Below are positions 7,591 to 15,397 of a DNA stretch of 32,000 nucleotides, one piece after another (the stretch's first letter is position 1; each line of letters begins with the position of its first letter). The position numbers and the translations under genes were made by a program. The notes below the pieces were generated by a model, which searched no databases, had not been told where the DNA came from, and saw only the letters and a list, made by a program, of their open reading frames with translations. This stretch comes from Candidatus Saccharimonadota bacterium (GTDB lineage Bacteria > Patescibacteriota > Saccharimonadia > Saccharimonadales > UBA4665). The DNA is taken from NCBI GenBank assembly GCA_016700375.1, contig CP065016.1:870001-902000 (forward strand), written 5' to 3'.

Positions 7591-8310
7591 ATGAACCAGA
7601 AGATTGCGGCGTGGAAAGAGCATGTGCGGGAGGTTTCGGCCAACCCTGGGTTTGTGCATCATGAGTGGTTTGTGCGGTGGCACTTGGAGATTGTGGAGCG
7701 GATAGCGTTTGAGCTGTGCGAGAAGTATCCGGCAGCGGACAAGGAGCTTGTGGAGGTGATGGTGTGGTTGCACGACTACGGTAAAATTCTGGTTGGGCCG
7801 ACGGCAAGCAGCACGCTCCGGGCGAAACAATCCGCTCCTCATTCCGCCGTATCACCCATACGTCTGCATTCCGGTGCTCCCGTTTCATCCCAGACCGTAC
7901 AACTTGCCGTCGCTCCAAATGTCTTGGGAGATGAGTACGCAATGACACTTTCGGCTGGGATAGCGAAATTAACAGAGATGGGTTTCACCCGGGATTTTGT
8001 GGAACGCGCAGTGAGCGGCATAGAAACCATGGATAAAAAGATGGAACTTGACTTACGCACGGCTCCGCTGGAGGTGCAAATTGTGGCCAGCGCCGACGGC
8101 TGTTCGCACATGGTGGGGCCATTCTTAAGCCTGTACTGGCGCGAGCACCCAGAACTTTCAACCGAAGAACTACTGGCCGCAAACCTCGCCAAACTCGAAA
8201 AAGATTGGACGTGGAAAATTACTCTCCCCGAAGCCCGCACCGCCTTTGCGCAATATCATACTCTTCTCACCAAACAATTCACACTAAAAGCCCAGAACTA
8301 CATGCAATAA
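7591..8310 (+). CDS. HD-domain metal-dependent phosphohydrolase
   Basis: MNQKIAAWKEHV...VMVWLHDYGK (HD motif)...ASADGCSHM. Start is 7591, or 7582; the upstream ORF-track extension overlaps pyrC. Confidence 0.75.
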   Translation: MNQKIAAWKEHVREVSANPGFVHHEWFVRWHLEIVERIAFELCEKYPAADKELVEVMVWLHDYGKILVGPTASSTLRAKQSAPHSAVSPIRLHSGAPVSSQTVQLAVAPNVLGDEYAMTLSAGIAKLTEMGFTRDFVERAVSGIETMDKKMELDLRTAPLEVQIVASADGCSHMVGPFLSLYWREHPELSTEELLAANLAKLEKDWTWKITLPEARTAFAQYHTLLTKQFTLKAQNYMQ

Positions 8311-8442
8311 TGCGTACGAGTTGTTCGCGCGCCATACCGGTACTGTTTTCGCGGTTTTGTAGGCAAAAGCGCTTCAAAAGATTCGACTTTACCGCTAGAC
8401 AAGCTTTTGTGTAGTTCCGTACGGCTTATTTGTATGCATTTC

Positions 8443-8451
8443 TGCTACAAT
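8443..8451 (+). promoter_or_regulatory. Extended -10 TGcTACAAT upstream of the 8472 gene
   Basis: Motif is followed by a 20-nt leader containing an AAGGA SD. Confidence 0.45.
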
Positions 8452-8471
8452 ATGCTTAAAGGATAAGCAGT

Positions 8472-10454
8472 ATGGCAAAAATTCCCGTTCAAACACCAGA
8501 CCCAGAAGAACTAAAAGCGGAAAGGCACGTCACTGAAATTATGGGTCCACCACAAGGGTTTGATGGTAATAAGCCGACACCTGAACAGGATGTTGAGGCG
8601 GAGCAAAAACCTGCTCAAGAGCCAACAGCGCAACCCGAGGCTATATCGCAGCAAGCAGACACGGAACAAACAGCTACCGAAGAATCAATCGATAGTATCA
8701 ATGCGAGGTTAAAGGCACAAGCAAACAATGCTCCATATGAAAAAGATTTAGACATGGAGCAGTTGCCGTCAGACTTCAAGGCAAACGCCGAGCCTGAGGA
8801 TGCGGCCACGGTTGCTGCTGTAGACGATATTTTAAAAAATGACGCCGATGCTGCACTGTCCTCGGACACTCCAAGACCAAAAGCAATTGTTATGAAGCCG
8901 TCCATCTTTGAGCGCCTAAAGAACGCTTGGTATAAGTGGTGGGATAACAAATGGAGTCGGTATGGTACCGTCGCTTTCGGTGTTGTACTAGCAGTATTGG
9001 TGATATTTGTGAGGCCGGTTCGAAACCTTGTGCTAAACACTGCCGGTGTACGGTCTAGCGTACTCGTAAGTGTGCTCGATGGTGCAAATAACTTGCCGCT
9101 TCAAAACGCAGTCGTTTCGGTAGATGGCGTATCTGGCAAAACTGACGAAAAAGGGCAGGTACGGCTTGAGGGCATCCACCTTGGTGCGCAGGAAGTAGAT
9201 ATACGGAAGCTCGCTTTTGCTGGTGTCAAGAAGCAGGTTGATTTTGGTATGCGCATTGTTGACATGGGCGAAATTACTCTTAAGCCAACTGGGCAAAAAC
9301 TCAGCTTCGAATTGGTAGATTATCTTTCCGGCAAGCCCCTTGCCGACATATCTGTTACTAGCGGTGAAGCAACTGCTAAGTCAAGCAAAGATGGCAAAGC
9401 CATACTCACGGTTGCTCCCGGAGGCGCGGACAACATAAAGATTTCTGGCGAAACTGTTCGCACCGAAGAAGTAGAACTCAGCGAGGCGCAGAGCGGCACT
9501 GTAAAGCGTAAACTTGTTCCTTCCGCAAGAGCGATTTTTATTAGCAAAGAAAGCGGTAAGTACGACGTGTATAAGGTGTATGTAGACGGTAAAGACCGCG
9601 AAGTACTGCTTGCCGGCACCGGCTTGGAAACACAGGCCATGACAGTGCTGCCAAAGCAATCGGGCGACAAGGTGGCGGTTGTGTCCTCGCGCGACGATAA
9701 ACGCAATAAAGATGGATATCTTCTTGCGGGATTGTTTGTAGTGGACGTTGAAACCGGTGAACGGGTTAACATTGAATATGCCGAGCAAATCACTTTGCTT
9801 GGTTGGCGCGGCGACACCTTGCTGTACCGTCAAACGGTGGCTGGTACAAGTGCCGCAAACGCAAATCGTCAAAAAATAATCGCCTACGATTTTGGTGCCA
9901 ACAAGCGGTTCCAGCTTGCTAATGCTAACTATTTTGCCGGGGAATACCTTATAGGCAATACCGTTTACTACACGGTGTCTGCCACGGACTCTGGCGCAAA
10001 AGAAACGTTTGCACATGTCAACATCGACGGCACCGGCAAGAAAACGCTCTATACAGGCGATGCCTGGTCATTATTGCGCGGTGACTACACAAAACTTAAG
10101 TTCCAAACGCCAACCAAGTGGTATGAATATACTCTTGGCGCCTCAGCCCCAGTGGAATCAACGCCCCCGGCCGAATACAGCTCACCCTATTTTGTCGATA
10201 GCCCCGACCTCAAGACAAGCGTTTGGGTAGACGTACGTGACAATAAAGGTGTCTTGCTGCTGCGAAACCTTAGCGACGGCAAAGACAAAGAACTTGTTTC
10301 GCAGCGTAGCATGCAGGCAGTGGCATATTGGTTAGGAGAAAAAGCAGTTGTGTACCGCGTAGTAGGCGCAGGCGAAACAGCAGATTACATAGTCAGCGTA
10401 GACGGTGGCACTCCCCGAAAGATTGCCGATGTCAGTCTGACGGCCATACGATAG
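8472..10454 (+). CDS. Membrane-anchored surface protein: acidic disordered N-terminus, one TM, Ig-like (CarboxypepD_reg-like) repeats and a probable beta-propeller region
   Basis: 660 aa. TM is YGTVAFGVVLAVLVIFV. VLVSVLDGANNLPLQNAVVSVDGVSGKTDEKGQVRLEG is typical of carboxypeptidase-regulatory-like folds. Domain calls are by pattern only. Confidence 0.7.
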   Translation: MAKIPVQTPDPEELKAERHVTEIMGPPQGFDGNKPTPEQDVEAEQKPAQEPTAQPEAISQQADTEQTATEESIDSINARLKAQANNAPYEKDLDMEQLPSDFKANAEPEDAATVAAVDDILKNDADAALSSDTPRPKAIVMKPSIFERLKNAWYKWWDNKWSRYGTVAFGVVLAVLVIFVRPVRNLVLNTAGVRSSVLVSVLDGANNLPLQNAVVSVDGVSGKTDEKGQVRLEGIHLGAQEVDIRKLAFAGVKKQVDFGMRIVDMGEITLKPTGQKLSFELVDYLSGKPLADISVTSGEATAKSSKDGKAILTVAPGGADNIKISGETVRTEEVELSEAQSGTVKRKLVPSARAIFISKESGKYDVYKVYVDGKDREVLLAGTGLETQAMTVLPKQSGDKVAVVSSRDDKRNKDGYLLAGLFVVDVETGERVNIEYAEQITLLGWRGDTLLYRQTVAGTSAANANRQKIIAYDFGANKRFQLANANYFAGEYLIGNTVYYTVSATDSGAKETFAHVNIDGTGKKTLYTGDAWSLLRGDYTKLKFQTPTKWYEYTLGASAPVESTPPAEYSSPYFVDSPDLKTSVWVDVRDNKGVLLLRNLSDGKDKELVSQRSMQAVAYWLGEKAVVYRVVGAGETADYIVSVDGGTPRKIADVSLTAIR

Positions 10455-10462
10455 GCTTCGAG

Positions 10463-10471
10463 TGATATCAT
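10463..10471 (+). promoter_or_regulatory. Extended -10 TGaTATCAT, 6 nt upstream of GTG 10478
   Basis: Reads GTGATATCAT-AATCAG-GTG. Confidence 0.45.
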
Positions 10472-10477
10472 AATCAG

Positions 10478-11293
10478 GTGAACGCGCAGACGAAAACAAT
10501 TGCGGAGTTTGTTGAGGCTGTTTGGGAGTATTACCGTTCTCATGGTCGTCATGATTTGCCGTGGCGTTTTCCAGAGGCGAATGGTACTTTCGAACCCTAT
10601 AAAATTCTTGTCAGCGAGTGTATGCTTCAGCAAACACAAGTTGCCCGGGTAATCCCCAAGTATCAGACATTTTTGCGGAGCTTTCCGAATGTGTCGGCAC
10701 TGGCTGAAAGCGAATTGGGTGAGGTACTGCGCGCGTGGCAAGGACTAGGCTATAACCGTCGCGCCAAGTACCTATGGCAAGCTGCGCAGTGTATTGAGCA
10801 GACTGGCTCGTTCCCGGGTAGCCAAGAAGCACTGACAAAACTCCCGGGGGTTGGCGTAAATACAGCAGGAGCCATTTTGGCCTATGCCTGGAACCAGCCG
10901 GCTGTATTTATAGAAACAAATATCCGCACAGTCTACATACATCATTTCACCAGGGATGCCGATGTTGTATCTGATGATTTCATCCGGGATTGTTTGGAGC
11001 GAACACTCGACCGGGAACACCCGCGTGAGTTTTATTGGGCACTCATGGATTACGGTTCTTACCTAAAAACACGCGTTCAAAACCTGCATCGGAGCAAGCA
11101 ATACACAAAACAGTCAAAGTTTGAAGGCTCTAAAAGACAGATTCGCGGGCAGGTGCTACGTGAACTGAGTAATAAATCCTCGACTGCCATGCACTTGGGG
11201 CGCCTTATAGACGATGAACGCCTGTTTGGCATTCTTGAGGAGCTTGTAACTGAGGGGCTCATCAAAAAGAAGGGCGAGCAGTATAGCCTGTAA
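10478..11293 (+). CDS. mutY: MutY-like adenine DNA glycosylase (HhH-GPD core) lacking Fe-S ligands, with a C-terminal wHTH-like tail
   Basis: DLPWR, SECMLQQTQV, GLGYNRRA, LPGVGVNTAGAIL, LMDYGS. No CX6CX2CX5C cluster. 271 aa. Confidence 0.8.
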   Translation: MNAQTKTIAEFVEAVWEYYRSHGRHDLPWRFPEANGTFEPYKILVSECMLQQTQVARVIPKYQTFLRSFPNVSALAESELGEVLRAWQGLGYNRRAKYLWQAAQCIEQTGSFPGSQEALTKLPGVGVNTAGAILAYAWNQPAVFIETNIRTVYIHHFTRDADVVSDDFIRDCLERTLDREHPREFYWALMDYGSYLKTRVQNLHRSKQYTKQSKFEGSKRQIRGQVLRELSNKSSTAMHLGRLIDDERLFGILEELVTEGLIKKKGEQYSL

Positions 11294-11313
11294 AATGATA
11301 GAATAGAAGGTAT

Positions 11314-11688
11314 ATGAATCCACAAACCGCTCCAACAGCAAGCCCTGAAACAACCGCGCCTACAACCCAGGCTTCTGGCCCGGTTATGGATGTCGTGCCA
11401 CCACCTGCGCCCACCGTGCAAACACCGCCACCCTCAACGGGGCAGGCTGCCACAGAGGCGCCCGTACAACAGGCGCCAGCAGCCGAAAATACACCAGTCG
11501 CAGAAGCGCCCGCCGCGAGTGAAGCGGCTCCGGCACCCGACATGACCCCCGCCGCAAAACCTGCCCCCCAGGCAGCCCCGGCCAAGCCGAAACCTCCCCG
11601 AACGCTTCCTATTGGTGTTATTGTTGCAGCGGTTATCATATTTCTTGCCCTATCGGTGCTTGCATACTACGTGTACAGTAAGGGCTAA
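11314..11688 (+). CDS. Pro/Ala/Thr-rich low-complexity protein with a single C-terminal TM helix
   Basis: 124 aa ending LPIGVIVAAVIIFLALSVLAYYVYSKG. TGaTAGAAT lies 9 nt upstream. Confidence 0.6.
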   Translation: MNPQTAPTASPETTAPTTQASGPVMDVVPPPAPTVQTPPPSTGQAATEAPVQQAPAAENTPVAEAPAASEAAPAPDMTPAAKPAPQAAPAKPKPPRTLPIGVIVAAVIIFLALSVLAYYVYSKG

Positions 11689-11690
11689 GG

Positions 11691-12296
11691 TTGTTACGCG
11701 TGCAAACCTTCGCTTCTGTCGACAATGAAGAGCTTAGGACACTGCTGAAGCAGGGAGCTGTCGGTGTGCTGCCAACAGATACGGTTTATGGGCTTGTGTG
11801 TATGGCTAGTAGCGAGCCGGCTATTGAGCGGTTATTTACGGTCAAATCGCGTGAGGCAAACCCAGGCACCGTGCTTGCGGCGAGCGTGCAACAGCTCATT
11901 GACCTTGGCTTACGCGGTCGATACGTCAAAGCGGTTGAACATTATTGGCCAAATGCTATCAGCGTCGTTATCACTTGCGCAGATAATCTGTTATACCTGC
12001 ACCAAGGAAAGCGCTCCCTAGCTGTTCGTATACCCGACGACGAAGTGCTTCGAGGGCTGCTTCGGCAAACTGGACCGCTCATGACAACAAGCGCCAACCA
12101 CCCGGGTCAACCAACGGCGAACACTATCGCAGAGGCTAAGGCATATTTTGGTAATGATGTGGATTTTTACGTAGACGGCGGGGTTCTCAGAGACCGTCCG
12201 CCCTCAACCATTATTCGAATCGTTGACGATGCCATAGAAGTGCTTCGAGAAGGCGCAGTCAAAATAAATGAAGCAGGGAGAATACAACGTGTCTAA
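11691..12296 (+). CDS. tsaC: L-threonylcarbamoyladenylate synthase (TsaC/YrdC family)
   Basis: GAVGVLPTDTVYGLVC, TSANHPGQP, STIIR. TTG start at 11691, or GTG at 11700. Confidence 0.88.
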   Translation: MLRVQTFASVDNEELRTLLKQGAVGVLPTDTVYGLVCMASSEPAIERLFTVKSREANPGTVLAASVQQLIDLGLRGRYVKAVEHYWPNAISVVITCADNLLYLHQGKRSLAVRIPDDEVLRGLLRQTGPLMTTSANHPGQPTANTIAEAKAYFGNDVDFYVDGGVLRDRPPSTIIRIVDDAIEVLREGAVKINEAGRIQRV

Positions 12297-12735
12297 TCTT
12301 GCCACGACAAAACGGCCATTTTGCGCTGCCTTTATGCTCATTGCACAAGATGGAAAGTATCTTTTTGTAAAGCGTAAAAATACTGCCTGGATGGATGGCT
12401 ACTACGGCCTGCCCTCTGGCAAAGTAGAACGAGGAGAGGGGTTTCTTGAGGCTGCCGTTCGGGAGGCGAAAGAGGAGGTAGGAGTCACGGTACGGCTAGA
12501 AGACACTGAGTTTGTGCATCTGAGTTGCCGGAATGATGACATGGAATGGTGTGACGTGATGTTTTTAGCGAAAAAGTGGAGCGGTGAGCCCCGTAATGCA
12601 GAACCGGACATGCACGAGGAAATTGCGTGGTTTGATCTCGATGCTTTACCCGAAAACGTCGTTCCACCCGTAGGGGCAATGCTAGAAGCTTGGACCGCGG
12701 GCAAAACATATAGCGAGTATCATTCGGAATGTTGA
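12268..12735 (+). CDS. NUDIX hydrolase
   Basis: Nudix box GKVERGEGFLEAAVREAKEEVGV. An alternative GTG start at 12289 has an AGGGAG SD. Overlaps the tsaC 3' end. Confidence 0.9.
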   Translation: MKQGEYNVSNLATTKRPFCAAFMLIAQDGKYLFVKRKNTAWMDGYYGLPSGKVERGEGFLEAAVREAKEEVGVTVRLEDTEFVHLSCRNDDMEWCDVMFLAKKWSGEPRNAEPDMHEEIAWFDLDALPENVVPPVGAMLEAWTAGKTYSEYHSEC

Positions 12736-12768
12736 AAAAAAGGGTAAATCTGGTAAAATAACTGCAAT

Positions 12769-14523
12769 ATGTCAGAGCGACTAACAACCACTGGACCTGA
12801 AGCATCAGATAGTGATTCGAAAAGTTCAGAAAAAGATTCGTCAGATAGCAAGTCGAGCAGCAAAGGACGCGGTGGTCGCGGTTTAGGTGGTATTGTCGCA
12901 CGCGCGTCAGAGCGAGGGTCTGAAAAAGCTGAAGCCGCCAAAGCTGAGGTAGCAGAGAAATCAAAACCTATCCTAGACAGAATACTAGGCGTAAAAGAAT
13001 CTACTGAGGTACCCACGAAATCGTCAGAAACTACTCAAGATAAGCCTAGTAATACTGAGGTCGCCCCAGAGACTTTGTCTCCGGAGCAGAGAGCCGAGGA
13101 GAGTGTCGTACAGGCATTAGCAGGCGAAGGGGAAATAAATCTTCGTGAACTTTCTCGGGTTCCTGAGTCGCGTGATGACGCAATTGTTGAGCGAGCGGTT
13201 GAGGAGGTACTATCTCAGCAAACAGCCGAAATTACTGCTGCCGAAGTGACGTCTGAAGCAGACACCGAACCAGAAGTTCAGGCTGAGGCGGAGCCTAACC
13301 ATGAATCGGAGGCCACCACTCCAGTAGCTGGAGCTGAAGTAGCAGTAGTTCCAGAATCTGAAGAGGAGGAAGAACCAACGCCAGGGGGGGCTACGACAAC
13401 CACAAGTTCATCATCTTCCTCGGCGCGCCCATCTTCATCGGCAACGCCATCAACAACAGGCGGCAGTGGTGGTTCGGGCGGTCGCCCCCCAGCGCCTCCG
13501 GCGCCGCCCGGCCCACCTGTTATGCCGCCCGGCCCTCCGTATCGGCGGCCTGCGGCAAATCGGGTCTATAATCCAAATCAAACATATGGACCAAACGGCT
13601 ATGCAGCACCGGCGGCAGGAAATTTGGCTCCAAATCTAGCTACCCCCAACACGCTAAACATAGGGCGTACCATTGAAAATGCCGAGGACTATGCCTATAG
13701 GCGTGGTCGTAACCGTGGGCTTCTGGCTGGTTTGATAGTGGGTGGTGGTATAGAGCACATTCGGCACAAGCGACGTGAAAAACGAATGGAACGCAAGTTT
13801 GCCATTGAGCAAAAAGAACAGGGTAAAAAAATAGAAAACATACGCTGGGACCACATTCGGGAAGCAGAAACTGCGAAAGTTCGAGAAGCGCATGCCGAAA
13901 AGTATCGCCTGGGTGAACGAACGAACATAGCTGCGGGACCGGAGGGGAATCGAGCTATCCAAACGCCTTCCACGGCCGAGGCGGTTCGCCAAAGAGCAGA
14001 GATTCAGGCAGAAATAGAGAAGAAGCTTGCAGCGGAACGTAAGGAGACAACGAGAGTGCTTTCAAAGGCTGAGCAGATTGAGCAAGAGCGTTTGCGCGAG
14101 CAGCTCGAGCTGGCCCAGGGGCACCACATAGAACGAAGTGCCTGGCACAATATAGAGGTGGATAGTCACGGGAAAGCCGTACAAGAAACATCGTTTGAGT
14201 ATGGGCACGAATACTATAAGGAAAGAGGCCACGAAACGGGGCCAAAAACAAAGCAACAGGTAGACGCAGCAGCGGGGGAGGTCGCACTTGTTGCTGCTGC
14301 GCTTGGCGGTTCGGGCGCTAGTTCGTCAGAGGGTGGTAGCCAAGGGCCGTCTAACCGGTCGCAAAGCAGTTCTTCGATGCAGCAAGTTCAGCCAGGTGCT
14401 CCAGCAAAGCAGCAATCGCTCCTAAAAACCGTTACAACGCCACCAACAACCCCTGCTGGAACCGTCGGCTGGTTTATTGCGCTTGTTATCATACTCATAG
14501 TGCTACTTATTGTAGTCTTTTAA
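12769..14523 (+). CDS. Large disordered tail-anchored protein (acidic/Ser-rich, poly-Pro, charged helical segment, C-terminal TM)
   Basis: 584 aa with GGSGGSGGRPPAPPAPPGPPVMPPGPP. Last 20 aa are WFIALVIILIVLLIVVF. Confidence 0.7.
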   Translation: MSERLTTTGPEASDSDSKSSEKDSSDSKSSSKGRGGRGLGGIVARASERGSEKAEAAKAEVAEKSKPILDRILGVKESTEVPTKSSETTQDKPSNTEVAPETLSPEQRAEESVVQALAGEGEINLRELSRVPESRDDAIVERAVEEVLSQQTAEITAAEVTSEADTEPEVQAEAEPNHESEATTPVAGAEVAVVPESEEEEEPTPGGATTTTSSSSSSARPSSSATPSTTGGSGGSGGRPPAPPAPPGPPVMPPGPPYRRPAANRVYNPNQTYGPNGYAAPAAGNLAPNLATPNTLNIGRTIENAEDYAYRRGRNRGLLAGLIVGGGIEHIRHKRREKRMERKFAIEQKEQGKKIENIRWDHIREAETAKVREAHAEKYRLGERTNIAAGPEGNRAIQTPSTAEAVRQRAEIQAEIEKKLAAERKETTRVLSKAEQIEQERLREQLELAQGHHIERSAWHNIEVDSHGKAVQETSFEYGHEYYKERGHETGPKTKQQVDAAAGEVALVAAALGGSGASSSEGGSQGPSNRSQSSSSMQQVQPGAPAKQQSLLKTVTTPPTTPAGTVGWFIALVIILIVLLIVVF

Positions 14524-14526
14524 GAT

Positions 14527-14650
14527 CTCACCTTACGCAAACGGCACCCTGCACGTCCACGGCTCCGGTTCCTCGCTCCACCGTACTTCTAGTACGGCTG
14601 CGCTGCGGTACTCACCCTGGACGCACATTGCACCGTTTGTGTAAGGTGAG
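14527..14650. other. 124-nt extended hairpin filling the whole convergent spacer
   Basis: CTCACCTTACGCAAACGG (14527-14544) pairs with CCGTTTGTGTAAGGTGAG (14633-14650) with one G.T. TGCACGTCCA pairs with TGGACGCACA at 8/10. Apical hairpin CCGTACT-TCT-AGTACGG at 14581-14597. Confidence 0.75.
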
Positions 14651-15397
14651 TTAATATATATCAAACTCAAGCAAAAGGGCTTTGTGGTCAGAGACAAGGT
14701 CGTCAAGCACTCGAAATTCCTTTACAACCACCCCTTCATTTACAAGAATGTGGTCCGGCGCTACACCAGGTACTTTACAGAGCACGCTCATTGTATCTGT
14801 AATGTTGTGGGTGGCCGTTAGGTCAGTCAAATAATCATTGAAGAGTTGCATTGCTGGTGTTCCTGGGTTTATGTTTAAATCACCCGCGAAAATAATAGGG
14901 CCTGACAATTTCTGTACTTCGTTAGTCAATTTCTGCAAGCTCTGCGCAGTTTTCTCCGAACCGACCGGGTTTGGTTCCCAGTAGCCGTGGTGGTTTACCA
15001 CAGAAAAAGTACGACCATCAGGCATAGTCACGAGCGCTATCTGCCCGTTTCGAATGTTTGACTCAAACACCGCATCTTTCTGGTGACGGTTAAATTCTCC
15101 GTTTGTAAAAACTGTCTTTTGCTCCGAGAGGGGGAACTTACTCAAGATTGCATTGCCACAACCAACAGTCACATCAGCGTAAACAGCTTCGTAAATGGGC
15201 GAGAAGAAAACGGAGGTGTATTCGCAGCGCTCTTTCATAAGCTCAAGCAGGTGGAATGTATTGTCGGGTAGCCCCACAATGCCGTTAGCGCTAAATATCT
15301 CCTGCGTTGTGATGATATCTGGCCGCTCCTGTTCAATTAGCGGAAGTATTTGTCGGGTTAGACGCCCCATCCAGACGTTGAGCTGCAAGAGCTTCAT
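14651..15397 (-). CDS. Endonuclease/exonuclease/phosphatase (EEP) family protein
   Basis: MKLLQLNVW...DIITTQEI...GDLNINPGT...SDHKALLLEF. Its ATG overlaps the upstream gene's TGA (ATGA). Confidence 0.88.
   Translation of the reverse strand: MKLLQLNVWMGRLTRQILPLIEQERPDIITTQEIFSANGIVGLPDNTFHLLELMKERCEYTSVFFSPIYEAVYADVTVGCGNAILSKFPLSEQKTVFTNGEFNRHQKDAVFESNIRNGQIALVTMPDGRTFSVVNHHGYWEPNPVGSEKTAQSLQKLTNEVQKLSGPIIFAGDLNINPGTPAMQLFNDYLTDLTATHNITDTMSVLCKVPGVAPDHILVNEGVVVKEFRVLDDLVSDHKALLLEFDIY

Noticed and set aside
7561-7842. N-terminal 94-96 aa of the 447-aa ORF-track entry for the dihydroorotase gene
   Set aside because: The extension (MRSGLFRPERAACRRPNQ...) has no dihydroorotase-like sequence and overlaps the divergent HD-domain gene. 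The conserved N-terminus (LPGLVDVHVHLREPG) begins right after M95/M97, which have a -10 box at the correct distance.
7799-7911. 10-bp inverted repeat (CGACGGCAAG / CTTGCCGTCG) enclosing a compositionally odd 45-aa stretch of the HD-domain protein; considered as an inserted element or a double frameshift
   Set aside because: The reading frame stays open and the other two frames contain stops. A single 10-bp IR at ~100-bp spacing is roughly what chance would give in 32 kb (my rough estimate is a few occurrences). There are no target duplications or further copies.
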